Source of the DNA: Octopus bimaculoides
Taxonomy: Eukaryota
Reading direction: 5' to 3'
Assembly (NCBI RefSeq): GCF_001194135.2
Contig: NC_069010.1
Location: forward strand, 9,440,720 to 9,504,719
DNA length: 64,000 bases
Shown: positions 25,735 to 38,792 of the stretch, in pieces
Layout of the letters: each line of letters starts with the position of its first letter
Position numbering within the stretch: the first letter of the stretch is position 1
Notes under the pieces: model-generated
What the model saw: the letters and a program-made list of their open reading frames with translations, nothing else
The model's database searches: none
What the model was told of the DNA's origin: nothing
Made by a program: the position numbers and the translations under genes

Positions 25735-28519
25735 ATATATCCATAAAGACAAGGCATGATTTGAGGGTGAGTTGGCTGTGCAGCGTGTGTGTGTGTGTCT
25801 TTTAGTCCCCACCCCCCCTTGCTGCTATCAATTGAGGCCCAGCTGCGACATTCTTCAAATGTTTATGCGAACAGCTGCACCTCTTCCATAGAATGAATGT
25901 CCTGTGAGGGGAGGGGAGGGGGAGCTGAGGGAGGGTAAACGGTGGAGAGGGAGAGGGAGGGGGTTAAGTGAGGGAGAGAGGGAGGAGGAAGAGTGAAAAG
26001 GAAATAAAAAAAAGGAAGAAAAAAGACCAAAAAAAAAGTAGTTTTAAATGGAAAAAAAAGAAACAAATAAATTTTAATGTTAAAAAATGGAAAAGACAAA
26101 AGAAAAATAATGAAGAGAAAGGCAAAAAGAAAGAGAAAGGAAAGAAGGAAGGAAAAAATGAGTATATAAAAGGAAAAAAGGGGACAATAATAATGATTTC
26201 ACATTTTGGCACAAGGCCTGCAATTGTTATTTTTTGGGTATGATTTTATTATATATATATATATTAAATTATATCGAATTAAAATGTCGATGCCAGTGCC
26301 GCTGGACTGGCTCCTGTGCAGGTGGCACGTAAAATACACCATTTCAAGCGTGGCCATCGCCAGTACCGCCTGACTGGCCTTCGTGCCAGTGGCACGTAAA
26401 AGCACCCACTACACTCTCGGAGTGGTTGGCGTTAGGAAGGGCATCCAGCTGTAGAAACTCTGCCAAATCAGATTGGAGCCTGGTGTTGCCATCTGGTTTC
26501 ACCAGTCCTCAGTCAAATCGTCCAACCCATGCTAGCATGGAAAGCGGACGTTAAATGATGATGATGATGATATATATATATATATACAAATAATATGTGA
26601 GTATATGCATATATACGTACAAGTATGTACATACCTACATCTACCTGTATATATAGATGCATATCTGGGTACAGGACGTTGCAAACAAAACGTAGACAAA
26701 ATGATAAACAGAGTACAGAAAACACACAGGCCACATAGAGAACATTTCCTTCATCAGCTACCCNNNNNNNNNNNNNNNNNNNNNNNNNNNNNNNNNNNNN
26801 NNNNNNNNNNNNNNNNNNNNNNNNNNNNNNNNNNNNNNNNNNNNNNNNNNNNNNNNNNNNNNNNNNNNNNNNNNNNNNNNNNNNNNNNNNNNNNNNNNNN
26901 NNNNNNNNNNNNNNNNNNNNNNNNNNNNNNNNNNNNNNNNNNNNNNNNNNNNNNNNNNNNNNNNNNNNNNNNNNNNNNNNNNNNNNNNNNNNNNNNNNNN
27001 NNNNNNNNNNNNNNNNNNNNNNNNNNNNNNNNNNNNNNNNNNNNNNNNNNNNNNNNNNNNNNNNNGATAAATTAACAATTATCATTGCATTGTGTGTATA
27101 AGTGTGTGAACTCAAGCAAGACTGCAGTCCAATGACTTCAGCAAGTGAAAGATGTGAATATATACACACACACACACACATAAACATACATGCATATGTA
27201 TGCACGTTTACGTGCACACATATATATATATATATACAAATAATATGTGAGTATATGCATATATACGTACAAGTATGTACATACCTACATCTACCTGTAT
27301 ATATAGATGCATATCTGGGTACAGGACGTTGCAAACAAAACGTAGACAAAATGATAAACAGAGTACAGAAAACACACAGGCCACATAGAGAACATTTCCT
27401 TCATCAGCTACCCCCATTCTAACACTGGTGTTTCAAAGAGTTAGATACACACACCCATCTTGGCTTTAAGAGTTCAGTTAAATGAAAGCTAATAAAAAAT
27501 TATCCAAAATTCTGACTGCCTCCTTTTACTTAATATACAATATACAATATCTGTACACCTTTTCAAACACTCTACAAACACACACACATATATATATATA
27601 CCCCGTTTTATTCTACACCCGTAACAGTTAGCATGTGAGAAGGTGTAACATCACAGTTGCGATATAAGGGATATAACTCTCACATCAACTTCATTGAATT
27701 ATTTTTTTTTTCTGTTTTGCAAAACAAACCTGATATTTATTACAGTTCCATTCACATCAAATCAATCCCTGGCTAGCATTTATACAAAAAAAAAACCCAG
27801 ACCAGGGTAACAGATTAAGGAAACTGTCAAAGTATCTTGCAGTGGCTGTTCCTGCATTTTGTGTGTTGACTGTAGACTGCAAATCCTGTGACTCCACTTG
27901 CAAAGAACTGCGTCAGCCACTGCCCTTTTCTCTCGGATATCATTGGATGTATGCAGAGGGGAGACATGTATGGGCAAGAAAAAGCCAGCCCCGCCCCACC
28001 AAAATCTTCCAATAAAACCCTTGCACCTTAAAGAGGAACTTTCTAGGTACAAACGCCTCAAAGTTGTACAAGACAAATACGGAGAGCACATATATGTGTG
28101 TTGCTGTTGTTTGTGTCTACATCTGTGTTTAAGTTTACCGACATCAAGTTATGTCCCCGTGAAATATACAGCTTAGCCACTTGATAACGAGAGACAGATA
28201 AAATGGTTTTGAATTTTGGCTCAAGGCCAGCAATGTTAGGAGGAGGAGGTAAGCCAATTACATTGACCCCCAGCGCTCAACTGGTATTTAATTTTAACAA
28301 CCTTGAAAGGATGACAGGCTAAGTCGACCTTGGTTGTATTTGAACCGACAAAGTAAAGCATGAAGAAGTGCCACAAAGCATTTTTGCCTGGCATGCTAAT
28401 GATTCTGCCATCTTGCTGCCTTAAAATAAGAACCCGTAAAGGCGGTGCTGTAGCATGGCCAAAGTCTGATTAAACCAAAACCAGTAAAAGCATGAAAGAA
28501 GGTTTACGATCTGAATGTT

Positions 28520-29756
28520 CTAGAACTGAAAGAATCGTAGATAAAATCCAATGAGGCGGATTTTCAGTAAATACCAGCTGAGTCGGAGCCTGACTTTCAG
28601 TTTACACATGATTGAGTCGCAGAATAATTCTTCGGCTTGAGCAATGGCTCGTACGCAATATCGAGACATCGCAAGAAGCGATTCCGCCCCTTTGCTGATC
28701 TGCAGCTTTGATTCGATGCCACGTAAGACGTCGTTGGTTTTCAGGACGAGCAACATTTCGCGAGGGATCCGGTTGAGGACGTCGGAGATTTCTACAATGT
28801 ACCTGGTTGCGTTGTCTCGGATTTGCTCAATCTGGAGGAAGAAAGAGAAAAATGGAGAGAATGGAAACGATATGAGGAACGAGACGTGGTTGAAGGAACG
28901 AGGTGAGTGAAGGAACGAGATGTTGAAGGAACGAGATGTTGAAGGAACGAGGTGGTTGAAGGAATGAGGTGAGTGAAGGAACGAGATGTTGAAGGAACAA
29001 GATGATTTAGATTAATAAATGAGTGAGTGAAAGAAAGAAAGAAGAAAAATGAAAGAGTAATGAATGACTAGGTGGAGTAACGAATGAATGAATTAGTAAA
29101 AGAGGGGGCAGTGAATGAATGAAGGGGTGGATCAAAGAATGAGTGAATTATTGAGTGAAAGACGGGAAAGTAAATGAATGATAATCAGAGAGTGAAAGAA
29201 GGAAAAAGGGAAAGAAGAATACTGAATGAATGAATGAATGGAGGAGATTGAGTGAGTGAAAGAAGGAAACTAATTGTAAGAATAATGACTAAGTGAAAGA
29301 AGTGAAAAATGAAAAATGAATGAGGGAGAGAATGAGTGGATGGGAAAAAAAATTGAATGAAGGCAAAATGAATAAGTCAGGAAGGGGATGAGTGGATGAA
29401 GGAAATCGAATGAAAGAAAAGTGAATGAGTGAGGGAGGGATAAGTGGACGAAGGAAGTTGAATGAAAGAAAAATGAATGAGTGCGGGGAGAAGTGAAAGG
29501 AAAAACCCAAAGGAAACCAATGTATTTACCTCTGATTGCGATGTTGGTTTCTTCTTAATTCCGTGCAGAATTGCGTCCCAGGATCTTGCGGTGACGATGC
29601 AGGAGAAGAGGCCATAGAGCTCGCCACAGTTGAGATTGGAAGCTGCCTGGCGAATGGCTGGGACATCGGCGTTGATGAGGGACATCCAGAGATAGGAGTA
29701 GTTCAGCCTGAACTCATCAGAGAGAGTCTGGAGAGAAGGAGAGAAGGAGAGTTGAG

Positions 29757-29793
<37 letters not shown>

Positions 29794-30989
29794 TTATGAT
29801 GTACAACTTCTCATCCGTTACTGTTATATCTGAACTGTTATAATATCAAACATTCCTGCGGTTCCCTTATTATTCTCCAACTGTGTATCTTCCACGATAT
29901 CTCTATTCAATAATTCTTACGACAATAACAAGGGCAGAAACAAAGACAAAGACAACAGCCCTTAATTAGACGAACTAAAGGTGACCTCTTACCTGATACA
30001 AGCCGTGATCTAAAAGGGTTATTTGTGTGGTTCCGTTCTTCATTTTGTTAACGAGTAAATTACCAGGATGCGGGTCGCAGTGAACATAGCCATGAGCGAA
30101 AATCATTTCACTGAACACCTCACCTAGCTTTTGGGAGACCTGTGGGAGAGAGAAGAGTGAATAGAGAGATCAAGGTTCAAATAGAAGTCGCAGCTGATGT
30201 ATTTATGTTAACATGTATGAATATATACATACGTATATACATACATATATACATACAGGCCGAATCAGACAGAGAAGTCTGGTTGTGGCTCCTACCTGGC
30301 CAGCCCCTGTCAAACTATCCAACACATCTCCGCACCGAAGGAGGACGTTAAATGATGCTGCTGATGATCATCTGACACAAGATCACCTCAAAACATGTCC
30401 CTGTAAACCAGGGGTTCCCAACCAGTGGTCCCCCGCCTCCGGGGGTCACGAAGCCTTGGCAGGGGGCATGTTACATAGCCTTGCTAGAAGTGGCTTGGGA
30501 TGACATTAAATTCAACTATCAACTGATAGTAGGGGGTCGCGTGTGTTTCAAGCTTTTGGGTCAGGGGGTCGTGAATGCAAAAACATTGGGAACCACTGCC
30601 GTAAACAAACTGAAAGGATGTATGTATGTATGTATAAAGGGCTGCATGTGGTGTATAGAGATATGAGGATATTTGTGTATGGGGGTGTAATGTGATGCAG
30701 AAAACGGTACCTGACTGTACCTCATTCACTGATATTTTGTTGTTCTTCATGAATTCCTGGTCATCGATGGTTGCCCCTTGGCAGAATTCCATGGTGAGAA
30801 TCTTGTCAGAAGAATACTTCCAGTATATCTTGGGAATCTGTTGAAAGAATTGGTAAAATCTTTTGAGACATGAAATTTAGGATGTAACAACAACAACAGG
30901 ACACAATAACATCCAGAACAAAGAAATCAATACAATATTTATATAACAACATAGCCTCATGGATACAGGCATGGGTCTGCTACATAAAT

Positions 30990-31042
<53 letters not shown>

Positions 31043-33545
31043 NNNNNNNNNNNNNNNNNNNNNNNNNNNNNNNNNNNNNNNNNNNNNNNNNNNNNNNNNN
31101 NNNNNNNNNNNNNNNNNNNNNNNNNNNNNNNNNNNNNNNNNNNNNNNNNNNNNNNNNNNNNNNNNNNNNNNNNNNNNNNNNNNNNNNNNNNNNNNNNNNN
31201 NNNNNNNNNNNNNNNNNNNNNNNNNNNNNNNNNNNNNNNNNNNNNNNNNNNNNNNNNNNNNNNNNNNNNNNNNNNNNNNNNNNNNNNNNNNNNNNNNNNN
31301 NNNNNNNNNNNNNNNNNNNNNNNNNNNNNNNNATTTTGCAGAGAAAAGTGTAGGTGGCTAGCTGTGGACGCGAACTCACATCCCCGTGATTACATGTCAC
31401 GATGCTTTGACTGATTAAGCTAAACTACCCACTACAAATTCCTCAGCCACATACACTTTTCTCTGCAAAATAGGGGTAGTTTATCCTGTTCAGGCTATAT
31501 TATTAGTATATATTATATATATTATATAAATATGATGATGACGATGATGACGATGATGATGTGATGATGTGTATGTATGTTTATACACAAGGTAAATCAT
31601 AACCACAAGAGCTACACTTACTTTTAAAAAACTGAAGTGTTGAAGCATTTTGGAGACTTTTTCACAGTTTTTGCCTTCTTGAAGGAAATCCAATTCCAGT
31701 GGCAGATTCTTCTCTGTTTCTTGAGCCAACCAAGTGTATTTGAAACCAGGGAAAATGTATTTTATGGCTTTCACTAAAAACTGGGAGAAAGACAAAAATA
31801 TCGAATTAATTAGAAACTGATTCAGTTACATACGTATGTGCATGTGAATGTGTGTATGTATGTACATACACACACACACACAAACATATATATACATATA
31901 TTCTTTATTCTTTTCTTTTATTTGTGTCAGTCATTTGACTGTGGCCATGCTGGAGCACCGCCTTTAGTTGAGCAAACCGACCCTAGGACTTATTCTTTGT
32001 AAGCCTAGTACTTATTCTATCAGTCGCTTTTTGCCGAACTGCTTAGTGACAGGGACGTAAACACACCAGCATCAGTTGTCAAGTGATGTTGGGGGAACAA
32101 ACACACACACACACAAACATATATATATATATATATATACGATGGGCTTCTTTCAGTTTCCATCTACCAAATCCACTCACAAGGCTTTGGTCAGCTTGAT
32201 GCTAAAGTAGAAGACACTTGCCCAAGATGACAAGAAGTGGAACTGAACCTGGATGCATGTGGCTGGGAAGAAAACTTCTTACCACACAGCCATACATACT
32301 CATGCAAAATTCCCCACAGGATGTCTCACCCTCTCATCCACAAACCCTAACCCTAACCCTAACCCTGATCCTTCTGCAATCCTACCAACCCCTAATCCCG
32401 CCCCTGACAGCCCGACTTACCGTCATGGTCTTTATGTCGACGTACGATCTTGCTTTCACCTGAGGGTATTGTATCTTCACGGCGACGTCTGTGCCATCTT
32501 TCAACTGCGCCTTGTAGACCTGAGACAGGGATGCTGAGCCAATTGGGTTGGGGTCAATGTAAGAAAACACATCTTTGGGCTGGACAAACAGAACAAAAAC
32601 AAAGAAATTATGTCTGTGTGTGTGTGTATAACACATACTATAAGAAATTATTATTTTTTATATTTAATTGTTTATGTTATGATTTTATTTACTCCATGTA
32701 CCCAGACCTTGTGGACACCCTATATATATATATATATACAGGGTGTCCACAAAGTCTGGGTACATGGGGATTAACACATCCTTTAAGAAATTATTATTTC
32801 TTATATTTAATTGTTTATGTTATGATTTTATTTATTCCATGTACCCATACCTTGTGGACACCCTGTATAACGGACAAATGCTGGTGCTATGTTAAAAGCA
32901 TCGAAGACACTCTGTAAAGTGGTTGGTGCTAGGAGGGGCATCAAGCTGTAGAAACCTTGCCAAAACAGACAATTGGCGCCTGGTGGTTCTCTTTGGTTGG
33001 CCAGCTCCTGCCAAACTATCCAACCTGTAGCAGCATGTAAGAAAGGGATGCTAAATAATGATGATGATGATGATGCCTACAACATAAATATTCACAACAA
33101 AATTATATGCTCTTACCTCTTGGTTGAATTCTTTCTTGAAAACGGCAAACATTTTATCAACTGGGGTGATAGGTACCTTGTCGTAGAGCAATGCCATTGT
33201 GCTTACGTATTCCTTGGGCAACAGGTAGTCCAGTGATCCGATATGTTGTCCCACTTTGATGAAGACACCTCCATTGTCCAAACAGACGTTGCGTAGTCTC
33301 TCTGCAGACCTGGTGTGGATGCTCGACTTAATGGCTTCGTAATCTTTGGCATTTGTGTCTAAGTTCCATAGGGACATTTTGTAGTCACAAGCAATGTACA
33401 GAGCAGCGAGCCCTGCCCTGCTGAATCGAAAGACACCGAGTGATGACACTTCCCAGCCATTCTGTTGGAGCAGGACTGCGGTTGTAGCGACGGTGCCACA
33501 AGCAAAACCGACCTTTAATGTTCGTCTCAGAAACCCCGACACCAT
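28520..33545 (-). CDS. ADCK1: aarF domain-containing protein kinase 1 (ABC1/UbiB atypical kinase), 506 aa, 7 coding exons
   Basis: Exons on the - strand, all GT-AG and phase 0: 33545-33117, 32579-32421, 31780-31622, 30837-30721, 30139-29993, 29727-29530, 28831-28520 (TAG). Motifs: FIKVGQH (KxGQ), ASLSQVY, VAVKIQ, LPLELDF, HCDPHPGN, LLDHGLY, TARSW and MLLVLKTNDVLR. They follow the order I recall for human ADCK1. A UTR acceptor lies at 33553. Confidence 0.95.
30409..30598. mobile_element. hAT-type MITE in an ADCK1 intron
   Basis: TIRs CAGGGGTTCCCAA / TTGGGAACCACTG with an 8-bp TSD CTGTAAAC/CCGTAAAC. Confidence 0.85.
32739..32865. mobile_element. Tc1/mariner-type MITE (TA TSD), with an adjacent partial copy at ~32639-32720
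   Basis: TA-CAGGGTGTCCACAAAGTCTGGGTACATGG...CCATGTACCCATACCTTGTGGACACCCTG-TA. Confidence 0.85.
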
Positions 33546-33654
33546 AAAGAACCTGTGAGAAGGAGATCAAGAGAAAAATAAGGGAGGAGAAAAAAAAGGA
33601 CCAAACAATTACTTGTTGTTCCCTCACCTACTTTTGTCTTTTGTTTTCAGTACA

Positions 33655-33687
<33 letters not shown>

Positions 33688-34225
33688 NNNNNNNNNNNNN
33701 NNNNNNNNNNNNNNNNNNNNNNNNNNNNNNNNNNNNNNNNNNNNNNNNNNNNNNNNNNNNNNNNNNNNNNNNNNNNNNNNNNNNNNNNNNNNNNNNNNNN
33801 NNNNNNNNNNNNNNNNNNNNNNNNNNNNNNNNNNNNNNNNNNNNNNNNNNNNNNNNNNNNNNNNNNNNNNNNNNNNNNNNNNNNNNNNNNNNNNNNNNNN
33901 NNNNNNNNNNNNNNNNNNNNNNNNNNNNNNNNNNNNNNNNNNNNNNNNNNNNNNNNNNNNNNNNNNNNNNNNNNNNNNNNNNNNNNNNNNNNNNNNNNNN
34001 NNNNNNNNNNNNNNNNNNNNNNNNNNNNNNNNNNNNNNNNNNNNNNNNNNNNNNNNNNNNNNNNNNNNNNNNNNNNNNNNNNNNNNNNNNNNNNNNNNNN
34101 NNNNNNNNNNNNNNNGAACACACTACTGCCGTTTAGCCCTAGGAAGCTGGACCGCTTCCTGTCGGCCTTGACACAATTACTGTGTCCTTAAGTTTGCGAA
34201 GGGGAGACAAGCTCCCCCACCCAGC

Positions 34226-34260
<35 letters not shown>

Positions 34261-36437
34261 TAGACTAGACTACCCATGACCTGTTGGGTCACTGGGAAAC
34301 TGTTGTTGCCATGGTAGCAAGGTGTGATACGCTAAATGCACTGAGCTTACAAACGGGTCTAAAGTGGTTATCAGGTATTTAGAGAGAGAGAGAAAGAGGG
34401 GGTTGTCCACTACCGCCACCACCACCTGATAACCGATGTTGTTTGTGTACGTCGCCCTAACTTAGCAGTTCGGCAAAAAGCGATAGACAAAATAAGCAGC
34501 GGGTTTGGAAAGAAAAAAAAAGGTACTGGAGTCCGTTTGTTCGGCTAAACTCTTTAAAGCGGTGCTCCAGCGTGGCCGCAGTCTAACGACTGAAACAAGT
34601 GAATGATAAAAGATTCCAGGAACCAATTTTATTTCGAAATCGAATATTTCGCTCTCATCACTGGATCGGTGATCGATGTGTTGACACGAAAATAACTAAG
34701 TTAGACCAACGTAAAAAGTTATTCTTAAACACCACGAGGTATTTTCAGGATATTCCTTTGTTTTGTTTACGAATGAGTTTACAAATCATTATTATAAATT
34801 TATTAACAAAATTCCTAGAAATAGTAACCAAATCTCCACTGACCTCGCAGCCTGTCTTTAACAGAGGAAGGGCACATTATATAACGCAAGCCTGGATGTA
34901 ATTTATTTGAATAACGAGCGTGATTGTCACAGCTTAGACATCTTTGATCAGAGGTCGACCAGATCACAGCTGTCTTGAGGACAAACAACTGCGACAAGGG
35001 AAGACACATTAAATCACCTTGTCCTAGATACACTATGCCTGAATAAAGGATAGCATGATCACAGCTGGATCTCCCTTGATTATCGGTCTGATGGATCAGG
35101 GCTGACCTAGAGCCAAACAACAACAACGAACACGATAGATAATTCAGTCTCAGGTACTCTATGCCCGAATAAAGGACAGGGTGGCCACAGTTGGAACATC
35201 TTTGATCACAGGTCTGCTCGATCAGGATCGACCTGGGGCTAAACTACTACTACTACTACTACTACTACTACAACAACAAGGAATGATACATTACATAACG
35301 TCGTCCTAGATACAGTATATTTGAATTTTAAGACAGGATGGTCACAGCTGGAACACCACTGGTCATCGGTCTGATAGCTCAGGGCTGACAAACAAGCATA
35401 AACGATCTTCTACATCGTCTTTTCTTTTGTAATTTCGTTGACATATAAGGATATTTTCTAGCAATATTAAATCTATTCCAGTACAGGTATGGTATCGCTA
35501 GCAGTCATTGGTTTTTCGATTATATAACCCCTAAACATCGTCTCCCAGCAAACACAAACAAACACGGTCAGATTATGACATGTAATGAAACATCGACAAA
35601 ACTTTAGGGTAGATATTACAATAAGAGATCTGTTGAGGAATATGAGTGTTCTTTATGGCCCTGACATATCCGGAGATTCTCCCTGGAGTCATAAGCCCTA
35701 TCCGTATTATTGGTTTCAAATTTCGGTACAAGGCCAGCAAATTCGGGGCAGGGAGTAAGGCGATTACATCGATCCCCAGTGCTTAACTGGTACTTATTAC
35801 ATCGGCCCCGAAAGGATGAAAGGTGAAGTCGACTTCGGAGAAATTTCAACTCAGAACGTAGAGACGTACGAAATGACAATAAACTTTTTGTCCGGTGCTA
35901 ACAATCAATTCTGCCTCGGACGCTGCTCATATTATCGATATCACACACACACACACACACGCACACACACATACATACATACATACATACATGCAGACAC
36001 AAGTCACAATTGTTTTCGAAATTTCAAGTTTCATTTTGTAGGTATATATGATGTATGGGCGATCTTGTTTCGAAATATCGCCGATGTATTTTAGTATATA
36101 TATATGTGTACAGTTCACCGATTTTGTTATGAGGCAACAAAATCGGCGATGGGGGTGGTGGAGGTTTACACATGTGGAGGTATGCCTAAAGAGGAGAGAC
36201 TACGGCGTGTGAATATATATCGCGATCTGTGTTAGGATGGGCCACTCACGGACATGCGATTATAGAAAAGTTATAGATAATCGGAGATCAAGGTATAAAA
36301 TTAATGAGAGTTGAAGATCAAAGGCTTCAAGTAACTCACGAGGTTGTCCCAGTGGGGTGAATTACGGGTAGAAATATAATGAGGGATGATGAAAAGACAA
36401 AATAACAAACAACGACGGACGAAAACGGGGAGCTTAC

Positions 36438-36495
36438 CGTCTTGCTGTGTGGTAAACGTAGTTTACTGGTTTTGATGACGTTTCGAAAGTGATGT
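36438..36495 (-). promoter_or_regulatory. Candidate non-coding first exon of ADCK1
   Basis: CpG-containing patch. The - strand reads ...CAGCAAGACG|GTAAGC with the donor at 36437. It would splice to the acceptor just upstream of the ADCK1 ATG. Confidence 0.45.
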
Positions 36496-37912
36496 AAGAA
36501 GAGAACAGAGAAAGTAGAATTGAGTGAGAAAGAAGGAAGGAAGAGAAAGAGAGAGAATAGAATGAATAGATAGAGAGAGGGTGGAGAGAAAAGGTGAAAG
36601 GGAATATGATAGAGAGAGTGTAAATTAGAAAGAAAATATAATGAAAAGAGAGAGGAGAGAAAGAGAGGGAGACCGAGGATAACAGAGACAAAGTACAATG
36701 AGAAAAGTACGTAGATGAATTGATAGAGAGAAAAGAGGGGGTTATGATAGGGAGAGAAAACAGGCAATAAAGAGAAAGAGTGTGAGAGAAATTTGATAGA
36801 TAGAGAGCGAAAAGAGAGGGAGAACGGAGAGAAAAGGGAGTAGTGAGAGCTGGAGGGGGATTGTACACTTGTGATAAGCGTTAGAGAAAGAGGATGGGGA
36901 GGAAGGGAAGTAAAAGAGATAGACTTATAGAGAGTAAAAGAGTAAACTAGTGAAAAAGAGAGAGAGGGGGGAAGTAATACTGAAAGAGAGAGAGAGAAAC
37001 GAAGGCTGAAAGGTGACCCGAGTTAAGGAGTTCTTAAAACTTTCGTTGAATGATTGAAGAGAGTAAAAGAAAAAAGAGGGGGCGAATGTTAATGAAGGGG
37101 AGGAATAAATAGACGAGTCATTAGAGCATGGGAGAGAAAATAGCTGGAGGTAATTAGTTCGGGTTCACGATGCTTAGAGTTCAAATTCTGCCAAGGTTAA
37201 CTTCACAGTTTCGCGTTTCATTGGTTGATGTAAAAATAAATGGTAAATTTTCTGATTAACACCCGCACGATTTTCACTAGGGTGTTAGGGCTAGGGTTAC
37301 GGTTTTAGGGTTACGGTTAGGGTTAGGGACGGAATTCCCACCTTGTCCCACTGCGTGGCACCTTGGGCAAGTGTCTTCTACTATAGCCTCGGGCCTTGTG
37401 AGTGGATTTGGTAGACGGAAAATGAAAGAAGCCCGTCGTATATATGTATGTGTGTGTATACGTTTGTGTGTCTGCGTTTGTCCACCAACATCGCTTGACA
37501 ACCGATGCTGGTGTGTTTACCTCCCCGTAACTTAGCGGTTCGGCAAAAGAGAGACCGATAGAATAAGTACTAGGCTTACAAAGAATAAGTCCTGGGGTCG
37601 ATTTGCTCGACTAAAAGGCGGTGCTCCAGCATGGCTGCAGTCAAATGACTGAAACAGGTAAAAGAGAGTAAAAGAGAGGATTGCTTCCAACTGGGGAAAA
37701 CGTGCCTGGATCGATGGATTGCTTCAAATGGAGAATTCTTTGAATGCGATAGAAGCGTAAACAAGTCGCCTATGACTGACTTAGGGCTTCACCAAATCTG
37801 TCTCGAGCATTCAAGATCATTATATACCAGTGGGGACTATTTTTTCCCCCGGACACCGTAGATCGCTTCACCGTTAAACTTCTTCCGGCCACATGTTGTT
37901 GCCAAAACAGAA

Positions 37913-38045
37913 ATGTTTTCAGACGACACAAAACCGCAATTATTGGAGTATATCAGGGACAGCCTTGATCGGAACGTCTTCACTGGACCTTATGGTCAAA
38001 GACAAGGTATACATATGTCTCTTTGTGTGTATATGTATAAATATG

Positions 38046-38101
<56 letters not shown>

Positions 38102-38581
38102 GGATTGTGTAGGGGTATATGTATGTTTGTATGATCGAATCCCCTGCGAGTTAACAAGTTAACTGGGGGTTTTTTGACCCTGAAAGGATCTAAGGAAAAA
38201 TCAACTTGCCGTGTTGGGCGATCTTTCGTTTTTGATTACATTTTACGTCGTTTCTAATCCACGTGCCTTTGTTTATGTTTCCGTAAAAGGGTTTTAGGGT
38301 TAGGGTTACGGTTACGGTTGGGGTTAGGGACGGAATTCCCTAACCCTAACCCTAAAACCCTTTTACGGAAAGCGACGATCTTGTTCAGAATTGTAATCAA
38401 AACGAAAGATCGCCGAATGGATGTCATTTCTCGTTAAAATATGTTTCTGTTTCCTGGTTTTCATCATCATCATCATCATCATCATCATTGTCAACATCGT
38501 TTATAACATTATCTTTCATTGTTGTCAACATCATCACTACCATCATCATCATTGTCCTTGATCATCGTTATCAACACCACC

Positions 38582-38613
<32 letters not shown>

Positions 38614-38708
38614 TTAAATGTGTTCTTTATTTCTCTCTCATTTTTTTTTTCTCCCTTTCAGTTCTCTATTTGGATTACGTTGCATCTGGAAGGTAAGTGA
38701 AAGCACAT

Positions 38709-38745
<37 letters not shown>

Positions 38746-38757
38746 ANNNNNNNNNNT

Positions 38758-38792
<35 letters not shown>

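Noticed and set aside
26570-27413. ~190-bp direct repeat flanking a gap (26570-26763 and ~27225-27413)
   Set aside because: An identical sequence on both sides of an N-run is typical of scaffolding overlap. Similar echoes occur at 46451/46495, 51834/51880 and 52875/52895.
11100-35400. CRISPR-like look of the ~120-bp arrays (11100-11560, 34830-35400) and the 19-21.7 kb array
   Set aside because: The DNA is eukaryotic, the units are diverged along their full length, there is no constant-repeat/unique-spacer pattern and no cas genes.
36115-36149. 14-bp-arm hairpin between ADCK1 and the fusion gene
   Set aside because: Short and isolated, with no supporting context; could arise by chance.
37950-37985. 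An alternative frame reads LIG in exon 1 of the fusion gene, where I recall homologs having a VIG-like motif, hinting at a compensated frameshift
   Set aside because: The main frame is open and splices correctly. The idea rests on a remembered consensus and needs an alignment and raw reads.
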